Below, piece after piece: positions 11,844 through 25,541 of a stretch of DNA of 64,000 bases (position 1 is its first letter; each line of letters opens with the position of its first letter). The stretch lies in NCBI RefSeq assembly GCF_009914755.1, contig NC_060929.1, one strand, 5' to 3'. Both the position numbers and the translations under genes were made by a program. Source of the DNA: the human T2T-CHM13v2.0 reference genome, Homo sapiens. A model generated the notes under the pieces. That model did no database searches, was not told where the DNA came from, and worked only from the letters and a program-made list of their open reading frames with translations.

Positions 11844-14360
11844 TGCTATGGTTTGAATGTGTCCTCCAATGTTCATTGTTAGAAACTTAATCCCTGATGC
11901 AACAGTGTTGAGAGGTGGGCATTTAAGAAGTGACTAGGCCATGAAGGCTCTGCCCTCACGAATGGATTAATGTTGTCATTGTGGGAGTGAGTTTGTTATC
12001 TTGGGAGTGAGCTCCTGATGAAAGAATGAGTTCATTCCCTTTCTCCCCTCTTTCTCTTGTGCATGCTCTCTTGCTATTTCACCTATTGCCATGGGATGAT
12101 GCAGTAAAAAAGCCCTCACCAGACGTGGGCCCCTTGACCTTGGACTTCCTAGTTTCAGAATTGTAAGAAATAAATCTATTTTCTTTATAGATTACCCAGT
12201 CTCAGGTATTCTGTTATAACACACAAACAAACTAAGACAGAAAATTGGTACCAGGAATGGAGTCATTGTTAGAAGAAATATCTGAAAATGCCCAAGTGGC
12301 TTTTGAACTGTGTAATGAATAGAGGCTGGAAGAATTTGGAAGAGCAGGCTAGAAAAAGCCTAGGTTGCCATAAACAGAACATTAAGGGTGACTTTAGTGA
12401 GGGCTCAGAAGAAGAAGAGAGCTCTAGGGAAAATCTGAAACTTCTGAACAATTACTTAACTGATCATGATCAGAAAGTTGGTAGAAGTATAAACGGTAAA
12501 GACCATTCTGATGAGTTTTCAGATGGAAAAGAGGAATATCTTATTAGAAACTGGATTAAAGGCCATCCTTGTTATGTGGTGGCAAAGAACTTGGCTGAAT
12601 TGTGTCCATGCCCTGTGGCTTTATGGAAGGCAGAATTTAAGAGTGATGAACTGGGATATCTGGCAGAAGAAGTATCTAAGCAGAAAGCATCCAAAGTGCT
12701 ACAAGGCTTCTTTTGGTCACTTAAAGTAAAATAAGAGAAGAAAGAAATTATTTAAAGACATAATTTATGTAATTAAAAGGGAACCTGAATGGAAAGATTT
12801 GGAAAACTCAGCCTGGCCAGGTAAAGAATTTAAAAAACCTGTTTGGGAGAGAATATTAAGGGTGTGGCCAAGTGATTTTTTTGCCAAAGAGATGAATATG
12901 GATAGAAGGAAGCCAAGTTCTATTCATCAAGACAATGGGAAATGACTCCAAAGGCATTTCACAGATCTTCTAGGCAATCTAGGACTTTGAGGACAAGGAT
13001 TTTCAGAGAGGCACTCAGAAGATCTCAGTGTTCACTGCCTAGGAGAGTCTTGGGACTCTGCACTCCTCATGGTGGTGCAGTGCCGCTCAGCCATCTCAGC
13101 CATGCTCGGGTGGGCCCAGGTGCAGTTCATGCCACAGTTCCGCAGGGCACAAGCAGTAAGCCTTGGAGGCATCCATGTGGTGCTGACTCCGTTGACATGC
13201 AGAGTGCGCAAGTTGTGTGGCCATGGTGGCCGCCAGCTAGATTTCAGAGGATGCCATGGATAGCCTGAGTGCCTAGGTAGAGATTTATTGCAGGGGTGGA
13301 GCCACTGCAGACAGCCTACACTAGGGCATTGCCCAGTGGCACCGAAGAGGCAGAGAGTTCACACTAGGGCAATGGCTAGTGGAGCTGTGGGAATCAGGCT
13401 GCTATCAAGATCCCAGAAATGTAGAGCTACTGCTGTGCAATGCCAGCCTGGGAGAGCTGCAGGAATAAGACTAACACGTGAGAGCTGCTGGATAGACTAA
13501 GCCCAGCAAAGCTATAGGGGTGAGGCTTGCCTGAGGTCTTGGGGCCCCACTCCCTACTCCAGTGTGTCCAGGATGCAGAACATGAAGTCAGAGGAGAATA
13601 TTCTCCAGCTTTAAGACTTCCTATTGTTTTCCGTGTGGGGTTTTGAACTTACTTGGGACCAGTTATCCCTTTCTTCTTACCTGTTTCTCCCTTTTGGAGT
13701 GAGGATGTCTATCCTATTCATGGTCTATCATTGTATTTTTGGAAGCAGAAAACTTGTTTGATTTCACAGGCTCACAGCTAAAGACAAATTTGCCTTAGGA
13801 TAAATTTTGCTTTGAGTCTCACCTATATCTGATTTGGTGAGACTCTGGACTTGGGATTTTTGAGTGGATGCTAGAACAAGTTAAGACTTTTGGGGTTATT
13901 GGGTGGAATGAATGTATTTTGCATGGGAGAAGAACACAAACTTTGCAGGCCAGCAGTGGAATGCTATGGTATGAATGTGTCTGCCAAAGTTCATGTGTTG
14001 GAAATCTAATCCCCAACGCAATAGCGTTGAGAGGTGGGGCCTTTAAGAGGTGATTAAGTCATAAAAATTTTCTGCCTTCATGAATGGATTAATACCATTA
14101 TGAGGGAGTTGGTTAGTTATTGTAGGAGTGGGCTCCTCATACAAGGATGAATTTGGCTCCCTTCCCCTCTCTCTCTTGTGCACGTTCTCTTGCTCTTCTG
14201 CCTTCTGTTATGGGATGATGCAGCAAAACGATCCTCACCAGATATAAGCCCCTTGACCTCAGACTTTCCAGCCTCCGGAACTCTAAGAAATATGCTATTT
14301 TCTTTATAAATTACCCAGTCTCAGATATTCTGTTATAGCAGCACAGAACAGACTAAGACT
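11844..14360 (+). mobile_element. Full-length MST (MSTD-like) MaLR element: 5' LTR 11844-12239, internal 12240-13961, 3' LTR 13962-14360
   Basis: Two homologous LTRs (tgctatggtttgaatgtgtc...actaagaca); internal region starts gaaaattggtacc; perfect 5-bp TSD ATGGC at 11839-11843 and 14361-14365. Confidence 0.93.
12288..12734 (+). pseudogene. Remnant of the MaLR internal ORF (148-aa open stretch)
   Basis: GWKNLEEQARKSL...WIKGHPCYVVAKNLAELCPCP.ALWKAEFKSDELGYLAEE resembles the THE1/MST internal ORF; downstream frame disrupted. Confidence 0.75.
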
Positions 14361-14637
14361 ATGGCATTTCTTTTATTTTACCAATAACCTTATTTATTAC
14401 ATTCTCCAAGTCAACATTTGTTTTCTGTGAATGTCCTCTCACCCCTTCCTTGAAGAACTTATGTAGTGTATGCTTCCTATTAACTCCACAGTGACATTCT
14501 AAAATAGGTCTTGGTCAATTTAACATTTAAATAGCTATAGGGCAGAGACATAGCCTTGTGCCTGCATAAACACCATTTGGTGATGGTTTCATAAAAGTGC
14601 AGCATTCTGTAATTACAATAATTATCTCCGAGGTATA

Positions 14638-14937
14638 GGCTGGGTGTGATGGCTCACACCTGTAATCCCAGCACTTTGGGAGGCTGAGGCGGGTGGATCA
14701 CGAGGTCAGGACATTGAGAACATCCTGACTAACATGGTGAAACCCCGTCTCTACTAAAAATACAAAGAATTAGCTGGGCGCGATGGCATGTGCCTGTAAT
14801 CCCAGCCACTTGGGAGGCTGAGGCAGGATAATCACTTGAACCCGAGATCGGAGGTTGCAGTGAGCAGAGATCACGCCACTGCACTCCAGCCTGGGCAACA
14901 GAGCGAGACTCCACCTTAAAAAAAAAAAAAAAAAAAA
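14638..14937 (+). mobile_element. Alu (AluSc/Y-like)
   Basis: Full dimer with poly(A); ggatcacgaggtc variant; degenerate TSD tatctccgaggtata / tatctccagggtata. Confidence 0.95.
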
Positions 14938-15777
14938 GTATCTCCAGGGTATAGACACGAGTCTGTATTCTAGAAAGTCCAAGATGCCCTGAAATATGAA
15001 AAAATATACTTGAGGCTCTGTTGACTGGATGATTAACTGAGAAATGGGAAGCAACAAATGAGAAACACTTGGGCAACAGTTTCCAGAGAGAAACTCAATA
15101 AGCTGATGTAAAACAAGAAAATTGCCCTTCTTTGTAAAAGAAAACCTTGTTTTTAAGATGCAGTGATGAAATGCTGAGAAGGATGCACAGAGGTGAAAGC
15201 TGATTTTCCCTGAAGTACACATTATACATGCAACGCCAAAATTCTTTCAACAAGATTAATAAGTGCTATTTATGGCATTCCCTGGGCAGATCAACAAAGT
15301 GAAGAGCACAGGAATAAGGCTACAAAATCCCCTGTTGTCTTCGGATGTGTTTGAGCTGCAGCCGACCATAGGAGGAACCCTGATCCTCTTTTGTGGGGAG
15401 GAAACCCACTGAGGAGAGTGGGTGAAGTTATAAAACACAAATCATTTTTAGGCAGATCTGGTGGTTAATTAAATGGCTAACTTATAAGCTAAGGACATTT
15501 ACTTGAGAATATAGAACTTTTCTAACTTTGAACTTGCAACTCAGGAAGGTAAAAAGTGACAGATCCTTTCTGAGGGATACAAACGTAGGATAAGTCAAGA
15601 TGGCCCTAGGTCATATGGGGAGATCAAATATATGAAATACAGGGAAAGAACATGGCAGTTTATGCTTCTTTTTTATTCTGATTAGTGATTAATGATTAAA
15701 ATTTAATTCACAATTAGATTAAAATAAAAATTGGAATTAATTTCTAATTCTGGCAATAATACAATTGAAAAATCAGG

Positions 15778-15940
15778 GCCTTGGGAGTCAGAAGACCTGG
15801 GTTTGGACCTGCCTGCTTTCAACTTTTAAGACTGTAGGCAGTTCTTTTCACTGCTCCAGGGCTCAGTTTTCTTATCCATATAAGGACAGGGATTAAAGAT
15901 TCTATGATGCCTTCAACTTCATGATTTTATGATTTATGAA
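15778..15940 (+). mobile_element. MIR/MIR3 fragment
   Basis: ggagtcagaagacctgggttt...ggctcagttttcttatccata...gattttatgatttatga. Confidence 0.65.
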
Positions 15941-16790
15941 TCTTGAGTTTCAGAGCTGGCTGACTCATTGAAGATTTATCCGAGAAAAATAATATTATTG
16001 ACTCTCAAATGAGAGATTAATATTTCCTGTGGGTGAAAAATTAATTTTTAGCTATCACTAATGTCAAACCAAAGAAAATATCCTGACTCCAATAAGAAAT
16101 TTAAAGAGTCTGCCTGAAGACAAATGGCTAAGAATTAGCAGTGTGTGAGTTCCCACAATTAACTAAAACTCCGCATAGGAATCCTCCTTAATTTATTAAA
16201 AAATTCTGTTTCCTTTCCTTTTCCAAACTAAATATTCTCAAATAAATGAAAATATGCTTAAGGAGCATACTTAGCTAGGAGCTACTAGATTGTATTTTCC
16301 TACTAATACTGTCTAACTCTTTAAATGATGAAACTAATATTACAAAGTGAAAATAACATACTGCCACACGCTAATCCTCAATTTGTACTTTATATTTAAT
16401 CTACAAGAAGAAAGTGAACCATTGGACACTTGGAATGTATACCTTAAAACCTTTGACAAATGAAATAGATTTTTTCTGAGTCCTTTCCATAACCAAAGTT
16501 ACCACCCAGTCATGGTTGTTTAGATCACAGAATAAACAAGCATGTAAAGTATAGCAGAGAATGTTTAGATGTTTAGGAATTTATCAGTGAGGATGCTTTG
16601 GGGATGTAAATAACAACCACCACCACCATAAGAAACTTGAACAAATTTAAACGAACAAAGAAGTCCAGAAGGAGAGCAGCATTCAGGGCTGATGTAAGCT
16701 AGATCTCTAGCTTTGCTTCCCCTTATTCATTCTTCCCTTCCATGTTTTATCCCATACTCAGTTTGGTCCCTGGCTCCTGAGTCAAACCAC

Positions 16791-17115
16791 TGTTGCAGGA
16801 CTTTTCCTTAGTTCAGCTAAAGACAGGATGCTTGTCCCATGGCCATGAAAATTTAGGCTCGCGGATGATTGAAGGATGATAATTATGGGATTTATTGGGC
16901 AAAAGGGAAAGAAAACAGGGAACAGGGATGTTCCACAAGGCCAGAGTTTCTGCTGGTGTGTTTCCTACCTCACAGCTTGAATCCCAGGTTCCACACAGGA
17001 AGAGGAGGGGCCAGGCTCCTTCTGGGTGCAAATGGGGTGAAGTTCCCAAGGCTCCACCCCAGTGCCCAGGTTGGCTGGAGTTTTGCCAGGGAGCCCCTCC
17101 CACCTGTCTGTCTCA
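16791..17115 (-). mobile_element. MER61-like solo LTR (ERV1)
   Basis: tgttgcaggacttttccttagttcagctaaagac...cccacctgtctgtctca; perfect 4-bp TSD CCAC. Confidence 0.88.
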
Positions 17116-17204
17116 CCACCACTCATTGTCTTCTGGCTCCGTGTCTTCTTGACAGATTGCAGTGCTTGGAACACAGTGAACATACAATGAGTAATCAAAA
17201 TCGT

Positions 17205-18010
17205 GAGAAGTACCAGCATTTATCAAGCTCTCATTGCAAGTTCTAGGTGCTTTACATGTATTGATTCATTGGCCCCACCATAATCCTGTGAGGCAGTGTG
17301 TTAATTTTGAAAATAAGTCCACAAATTCTTGAGATGCTTCCCTTCCAGAGGTGGGGTGTCATTCCCCTCATCTAGAATGTGAGCTGGACTTGACTTGTTT
17401 CTAGTGAGTAGAACAAAGCTAAAATGATGTGTGACTTTGGATCCTAGGTCATAAAAAGACTATGGCTTCCATCTTGATTGTTCATTCTCTCTCTCTCTAT
17501 CTCTCTCTCTCCCTCCCCACTCACTTGGGACAAACTATCTGCCATGTCCTGGGGACACTTAGGCAGAAGTCCTGTGGAAAGGCCCGCTTTGTGAAGAACT
17601 GAAATCTCCAGCCCATAGCCATGAAGTCTGCTAACAACTGCAGGAGCCATCTTGGAGGCTGATTCCCCAGCACCAGGAGAAACAGGGATGACAGCAGCCT
17701 CTGTTGGCAGCTCAGTTGCAACCTCATGCTGGACCCTGAGGCAGAGCCAACCAGCTGAGCCACTCTGGGATTCCTGATTCTTAGGAACTATGTGAGATAA
17801 TGAATATTTGTTTTCGTTAGCTGGGAAGCTTTGGGTAGCTTGTTACACAGCAATAGAGAACGAATACAGGCAAGTACTATTATTATCCTCATTACAGATG
17901 AGCAGATAAAGCAGAGGAAGGTAGAGTCACTTGTCCTGGACACGTGGCTGGGAAGTGGTGGAGGGCAGACCCACACTGTCTGACTTCTGAGCTCACATTC
18001 TGAACCCCTG
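17205..18010 (-). mobile_element. MIR split by an MLT1F LTR
   Basis: gtgctttacatgtattgattcatt..aatcctgtgagg resumes after the LTR as tattattatcctcattacagatgag...cacttgtcc. Confidence 0.7.
17297..17868 (+). mobile_element. MLT1F-like solo LTR
   Basis: ccacaaattcttga...ctaggtcataaaaagac...ttgttacacagcaatagagaacgaataca; TSD ggcag/ggcaa. Confidence 0.85.
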
Positions 18011-19252
18011 TGGTTTATAAACATGATGTGATGGTCTTCTGTGCTTCTGCTTCGTTTATTTGAAGTCCTCAAGTCTTATTGGAAGTCTCTAGCATATTTG
18101 TAGTCTTTCCTTTTTAATTGCCCCAATTTTCAAGATTGGTGGATAATTTCAGAGGGATTGAGATTAATAGGGAGTCTAAAAGTCTCCTTTAAAATTATTT
18201 TATTTGCAGTTTAAAATAATGTTTATATGTAATCTAACATTGATATGTTTTGGAATCTTGTGTCACAGAATAGAGATGTCAGAGGTGGCTCATAGTTTTA
18301 GGAAAGGAGTAAGGAAGTTACTGACCTTCCATTTACAGGGTGAGATTTGAATTGGACTTCTATGTAGATACATGGTTTCCACTCATTGAAAGCATGCAGA
18401 GAAACAGAGTCACACATTAGAAGAATACAGCATTATCAATTCTGGTAAGCATAGCTCTAGCTAGATCAAGGGTTGGGGGATTTCTTTAGATGTCAAGATC
18501 AGACTTGATTACACAACTTTTGCTCTGAATTCATGTGGCCATTGATTTGAAAGTCAAGAAAGCCCCAGGTTTTAATTCCTGTGTCATTGCGGAGGTTTCT
18601 TGGTGAAATTTCTGCATTATGTTTTTCCTTTCTCATTTGCAAACCTCTCAGTTTTCTACCCTGCAGTTGGAGAGAGAAAGAGTCTGTGTTGGCTCCTCCC
18701 AAGTCTCTCAGTTCTCCTTACTTTCTTTTTTCTGACCCCTTAGTTGGTGAGAGGCATGTGGACTGGCTGTAAGGTCTTGGGCATCATGTGACCACTCTGG
18801 TTTTACGTGGAAAATTCCAAGCTACCTGCTTGAAGTCACTCTAAGAATGAATGATAAGGCCTCCCAGTCTGGTTAGCCTTCCACCTCTGCTGCTCAGTCT
18901 AGAGTTTGCTTCTAAGTCTTACTTGATGCAGGATAATTCTTTATTCAGTAATGGGAGGTGACCAATACAACATCTATCTTATATTCCTTGTGCCACTGTT
19001 ATTTGGGTCTTTCTTATCTCCCTAATGGCTTGGAAGCTCTTGGAGGTAGAAAAATGGGAACAGAGCCTTGCCTAGAGCATAGCTCAATATATACCCATGC
19101 TATTGATCAATAAAAGGACAGATGGAAGCAAGGGTAGATGATGGAACTATGAAGCATACTGCATTTTCCTACTAATGGTGCCTTGCTAATGTGCATTGAA
19201 TAAGAAAACAAAACCTTTTATGTATTTTGAATATACGAAACAGGTCAGCTCA

Positions 19253-19584
<332 letters not shown>

Positions 19585-20329
19585 GTTGCCCAGAGCATAA
19601 AGTTCAGTTTCAAAAATTTATTTTATAGCCGACTTTTCAGTGATTGATCTATTGGTAAAGTTTTATCATGAATAATTTAAAGCAGAGACCATTTTCTGGC
19701 TTGGCAGATGTTTTGTTTTAACAAATCTGTTATATTTTAATTGTCTATTTCCACACACACCTTTTTTTGTTTTTGGCTGGGAAGGGAAAGTTAATTGATG
19801 CTTGATTTATGTTCTACCTTTTCCCAAAGGATTAGAAGTTGTTTACTGCTAAATCATAATGCAAAATGTAACGTTCCATGGCTAGTAACCACATGGTGCT
19901 TTTCTGGTGATAATAATGTTGTTCTGTAACACTGTTTACCACGTTATAATGCATCATATTAGAGATGCACAAATGAATAAATTCAGAGGCAGAATAAGCA
20001 ATAAAGTTTTCTACAACCAAAATAAATGAATAAATAAATAAGGTGGGCTTAGGATGGGGAGAGAACATGTGTGTCCAGCAGTTGCATAGAGAATTAAGAG
20101 TTAAGACTGAATGGTTCTATCTATGTGGTGGACAGTGAATAGAGAATCATAACTATAAGACATATTCTGATAGTATATTTGTAAGTAATTTTACAACATA
20201 AAAGTGTTTTCTCATTAATATTTCACAACAAAACCCACCGTTTACTGAATGCCTACGACACTGTGTGACATATATTAGGCACCTAATAAGCCAGCACAGG
20301 GCAGAGTTATTCTTCTAATCTCTCTGGCT

Positions 20330-20558
20330 TCCCCTTCTGCAGCATCTCTACTCTCTTTGGCCAGAGAAAGTTCTCTTCTTTTAAGGAACCTTATCTGATT
20401 AGAGAAAGCCTACCTGGATAAACTCTGGGTAACCTTAAGGTCAACTGGCTTGGGACTTTAATAACATCTGCAAAATCCTTTTTGCCACGTGGCACAACAC
20501 AAGTATGGGTGTAACAATAGAGGCTGAAGTCATGTGGGCCAAAATTCTACCCACTACA
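20330..20558 (-). mobile_element. MLT1E-like LTR fragment
   Basis: ccttaaggtcaactggcttgggactttaataacatctgcaaaatcc...aaattctacccactaca. Confidence 0.7.
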
Positions 20559-21009
20559 ACCATAAAGCTAGAAAGCAGCAGCTTCAAGAGCCTAATCAAG
20601 GTCTAACTAGCTTCCAAATCTGTATTCATTCATCACACCATGAATATTCATGGGTTAAAATAAGAAAAACATTAGAAAATAGTTTAGGATCCCCAATAGA
20701 ATATGAATAATTGCTGATGCTATGAAACTACCCATGTTCCCTTCCTAAAATAAATGATTTGGGAATATAATCCAGAATAGACCGATCAAAATATTCAATT
20801 CAAAAGGGTAAATGCTTTATGATACTGGAAAAATTACCAATACCAAAACCATCCAGTATGTTCAGAATATTCATCTGAAAGATGGGAATGATAATAACAG
20901 TACTTACTTCTCTTGTCATCACAATGCAGTAAAGTACATAATACAATTTCTAGTGCATAGTAAATGGTCAGTATGTACCAGTTGTTGTACACGTACAATG
21001 GTGCCTTTA

Positions 21010-21187
21010 TCATATTTACCATGCTTATCTAACTGCCTTTGTTTCACACTGTCTTCCCTTTTTGAGTATAAGTCTCATAAGAGCAGGGATCACATGTCTC
21101 TTTCATGGTATTCTTTCTAGCATTTGGTACTGAGCTTGGCATGTGTAAATTGTCTCAGTACATATTTGCTGAATATATGAATGAATA
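21010..21187 (+). mobile_element. L2 3' end
   Basis: gagcagggatcacatgtc...cttggcatgtg...atatttgctgaatatatgaatgaat tail. Confidence 0.7.
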
Positions 21188-23329
21188 ATTTTGGAAGAAA
21201 TCTCTCAATTATTTTTTAACATAGTGTGGGTCAAACAAAACACATCTGAGGGCTGGATTTGGCTTGTGGATATCTAATTTGTGATTTCTGCCAAAGAGTA
21301 TGGCCATGACAATTTAGCATGGAAGCTTTTCAGACATGTGTTATCAATCTTCTACAGAATGCTGGAAGACTCAATAAACATCCATAGTATGTCTAATTTT
21401 GAGCAATACAGATGCTCACAAAACTTTGACATTTCAATAGTTCTGGTGATCTTAAAATCTTTTCTCTCGCAAACTGAAAGAATGTCAAAGTTGTTTGTCG
21501 AAGTTGTTTTATTGTTTCTCTTTGAATTAAAAAAATTTCTCTTTGTTTTAAAAAAATGGTGACATGTCTTGAAAGCTCCCTAAATGTGTCTTGTAGCATT
21601 TGGCTCTTTCTCAGGGTGTTTCATCTACTATTTGTTCCTAACTCCAAGTTGCCACCCATGGAGGAGAACCGCAGAAGCTATCCAGAGGGAGTCACCTCAG
21701 ATTGGTCTTCAGTGTCCATACTGTGTGTTCTCTCCTGGTCTCTGAAACACAATCTCTCCACCGATATTTAACTTCATTGCATTTCACACTTTGATACTAT
21801 AGGAAAAGAAAAAAAATGACTTAACTTCAGGCAATTTACCATTAAAAAATTCCTTGGAATAAAACTCAGTGTAGAAATTGGTGTGACACATTTCCCAAGG
21901 CATTATTAGGACCAGGGCCAGAAGTTCACTATAAAAAATGTTAATTATAAAAAGTTTACATAATTAAATACTACAGTCTCAATAACCTTAACACGCTCCT
22001 GATGTAATTATGTGCACAACTATTTCAATCAAAATTCAGAGCTGTCTAGGCAGACTCATAGGATATCTTGAGCTGGAATTTAATTAAAGATTTTTTAAAA
22101 ACTTCCAAAAGAGCTAAAATACTGGATGGCTTTGGTTCTTGTTTGTGAAGATGTGGTTTGGAGAAGAACAAGCCTATGAAGAGAGAAAGAAAGAATGTCA
22201 GTTCCAGAAACCAGATATTGGGTAAAGGAGAGGGATAAAGAATGTGGCTAGAGGCTGTTATATCTGTGAAACCACTTTTAGTGATTATTCTGTAACGCAC
22301 ACTGGGAACTGAGTCCGTGTTAGATTTCTGTTTGGTGGTGACATACATGTTTTGAAAAATGGCTTTTCCCTTTTTTATTCATTGACTCATGATTTCAGTG
22401 TTCCCTTTTCTGCAGCCCTTCCAAAAAGGAGTTCTCTGCAGTTATGTCCTTTCTTTTGGTTTTTAGTTTATTAAGATGTTTTCAAATATAAATTTCATAT
22501 TTTGGAATGAGGTTTAAATATAGATCCAGTAAGAAAACAATCCCAGCTTCAATCTAGAGTCTCAAAGATTTCAGACTGTTATGTGGTCTGCAGAGTGAAA
22601 AACTCAATCAAAGTGTAGACTTTTACTGTAGAGAAACTCAGGTTTGCAAGGCAAATGTAGTGGAATAAGGCAAGGCCCTGCATGGTAACTTGTCCCTAAC
22701 ATGGTGCCATTAATTCCTTCTCTTCCTGCAGGGGCAGGTCATTCCTCCATTGAGAGGGGTAACCAAGCCTCCGTTCCCTTTAATCCTACATCTCAGTGAC
22801 TGCTTTGACCAATTGAATGTGATTTTATAGTAAAATCTAGCTTTAAAGATGTTAAAAAATATTTTGTTTTAATCAGCAAAATTCTTACTAATTAATTCCA
22901 TCCTATTGGATCAGGGTAAATAGATAGTGACAGCTAACACTATGGGCTGTGGCAAGAGATGGTACGGATCCCTTTTCTGCTTTTGATGTGTGTTTATTGT
23001 AGACACACTCCCAATCACTACCACCACATTATCCAGCCTGCCTCCATTTAGGAAAGTGAATTTGCACCATATGGTATACAGGACTGGACTATGCAAGATG
23101 GGAAATTGGAGGAATATGTGGAAGGAAAAGTTGTCACTTCTGAGACTAAGTTGTAAGAAACCTTGTAGTGTCTGCCTGAATCTTCTGGAGCCCATTATCT
23201 GGGGGAATCTAGCTACCAGGTAAGAAGGGTAACTACTCTGAGACCGCCATGCTGTGAGGCAACTCAAGCAGTCACTTTCTGTCTTATTGTTGTGACACCT
23301 TCCAGATATGTAAACATTGGCCAGGACCT

Positions 23330-24300
23330 TTCCCCCGAGCCTTAGAGACATACACCTGCAAGTCTATCTCACGTCTCTACTTCTAGAAGTTCCACAGGCA
23401 TCGCAGTCTTAATGTTTGAGACTTAACATTTGATTTCGAGTGCCCCTATTTTCCCATCTTGGGAAATGATTCCACCATCCACCCATTGCTCTAGCCCAAA
23501 TCCAAGAGTCAACTTTGATTTCTCCTTCCTGCAATCTCCATGAACTAATCCATCCACAAATACTATTGATTCTGCATCCACAATGTACTTTGATTCCCCT
23601 TAGTCTTCTCTATCTCTATTGCCTGTATCGCCACCTCTTTCAATGCCTTCTCCGCAGACTCCCTACCTTCTTTCCTGACACCCTATCTATTCTGCAGTCA
23701 TCAGCTAGAGTCATGTTCTAAACATGTAAGTTGTATCTTTCCATGCCCCTGCATAAATCCTCAAATGGCTTGCTGTGGCAGTTAAGTACAATCCAAGTCA
23801 CAGAATGTGACTTGCATGGCTCCATGTGATCTACTCCAGCCTCGGCATCTTCCTTGCTCAGTACTTTTGGCACATAAGCCCTTTCTCTGCCTGCACCCCT
23901 CTCATCAGCTCTTCACATTCTCAGCCTACATTTCTGGGAGCCCCTCGTGACCACTATATATATACACACATAGATATATAGATATAGATATATAGATATA
24001 GATATAGATGGATATCTATCTATAGATATCTATCTGTATCTATATCTATATAGTAGATTTCCCCCAGTATTTTCAATCCTGGCATCTTAGTGCCTTACCA
24101 TAGTGTTTGTGACCATTGTAATAATTTTGTGTGGGTGTTTTACTTTGAATTCTCATTGTTTGGCTCTTCACAGTATTCTGCAAGCACCATGAAGGCATGA
24201 CTCATGTCTATCATATTCACCCTTGTATCCTTGACACCCAGCATAGTGCCTGGCACATAAGAAATGCGTGATCAACTATTCTGTTGAATAAGTGAATAAA
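23330..24300 (+). mobile_element. L2 (L2a-like) fragment with 3' end
   Basis: ccaccatccacccattgctctagcc...agcatagtgcctggcacataag...tgttgaataagtgaataaa. Confidence 0.8.
23955..24053. repeat. TA/TAGATA/TATCTA low-complexity repeat
   Basis: (tagata)n followed by (tatcta)n. Confidence 0.9.
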
Positions 24301-24328
24301 TATCAAAAGCTTAGAAAATCTCAATCCC

Positions 24329-24429
24329 CAGATTAATGTGTGGGAAGTAGAAATTTCATCAGAAACAAATGTGTTTTGGACACAGACTCTCCCTATTTGG
24401 TCTGTGTTGAGAGAAAAGAAAGAAGACTT
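24329..24429 (+). repeat. Left arm of a ~100-bp inverted repeat
   Basis: Reverse complement aligns by eye to 25439-25541 with about 11 mismatches and one 2-nt indel. Confidence 0.92.
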
Positions 24430-24926
24430 CTACTGGGCTTAATTTAGGGGGCAAATTATCAGAAAAATAAGGGGGAATTTGTGAACCTGTTCTCTTCCAC
24501 AGTGAGCCAGTGAGGGACAAACTAGAAACAGAGGACCTGGTTTAAAGGGTGTCCCCTCAGCCTGTCCTGCAGACACACGAGGTGCTCCTCATGCCACACC
24601 TTCTGAACTTGCTGCTCAGCCTGTCATCACTCTGAGTCCCCATCCTTCTTCCCATCCTGGAAATCCCATTCTCAAGTCTTACCCTTCAGCAGCCCTGACC
24701 TGTCTTCGCTCACCTCTACCCGCGACCTCACCCTACTAAAGTTCCCGCCCCACATCTTGGATGCCGCTTAGCGGCAGCTAGAAATGGCAAGTTTCCACCT
24801 CTACCATCCAGTGAATGGGTAAGACCAGGATGAGGCAGGCAGGGGTTGTAACCCTCTTGCTGTTCCTGAGTCCTACAACCATGCTCCCAGCACCCAAGCA
24901 AATTGAGATAGAGATGCCTGTGGGAC

Positions 24927-25226
24927 TTTTTTTTTTTCTTCTTTTTTTTGAGACGGAGTCTTGCTGTGTTGCCAGGCTGGAGTGCAATGATGCCATCTTG
25001 GCTCACTGCAACCTCCACCTCGGGTTCAAGCAATTCTCCTGCCTCAGCCTCCCGAGTAGCTGGGACTACAGGCACGCACCACCATGCCCAGCTAATTTTT
25101 GTATTTTTAGTAGAGACGGGGTTTCACCACGTTGGGCAGGATGGTCTCAATCTCCTGACCTCGTGATCTGTGTGCCTCGGCCTCCCAAAGTGCTGGGATT
25201 ACAGGCGTGAGCCATCACACCCGGCC
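24927..25226 (-). mobile_element. AluSc-like
   Basis: Antisense Alu with ttgccaggctgg and gacctcgtgatc diagnostics; TSD gcctgtgggacttt / acctctgggacttt. Confidence 0.95.
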
Positions 25227-25438
25227 ACCTCTGGGACTTTCAAGCAGAGACATGACCTGAGAGATGCAGGTAGGTTACTGAGGCTCAGAAGACAGATTCT
25301 GAGCCAAAAGTATATATTTGGATATTGTCACAATAGATGAAACCATGAGAAAAAATTAGATCCCCAGGGAAAAGCATAGAGAAAAGAGGAAAGAAGGTGA
25401 TGGCAATAACAGGAAAATTGGATAGCCAAGAGGAAAAT

Positions 25439-25541
25439 AAGTCTTTTTTCTTCTCCCTCAACACTTAGACCAAATAGGAAAAGTCTGTGTCCAAAACACG
25501 TTGGTTCCTGATGTAATTTCTACTTCCCAGACATCAATCTG
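25439..25541 (-). repeat. Right arm of the ~100-bp inverted repeat
   Basis: aagtcttttttcttctccctcaacacttagaccaaatagg...catcaatctg is the reverse complement of 24329-24429. Confidence 0.92.

Noticed and set aside
14729-15222. 115-159 aa ORFs here and at 24728-25210, 29240-29760 and 44937-45200
   Set aside because: They are Alu-derived translations ([16 protein letters not shown] motifs).
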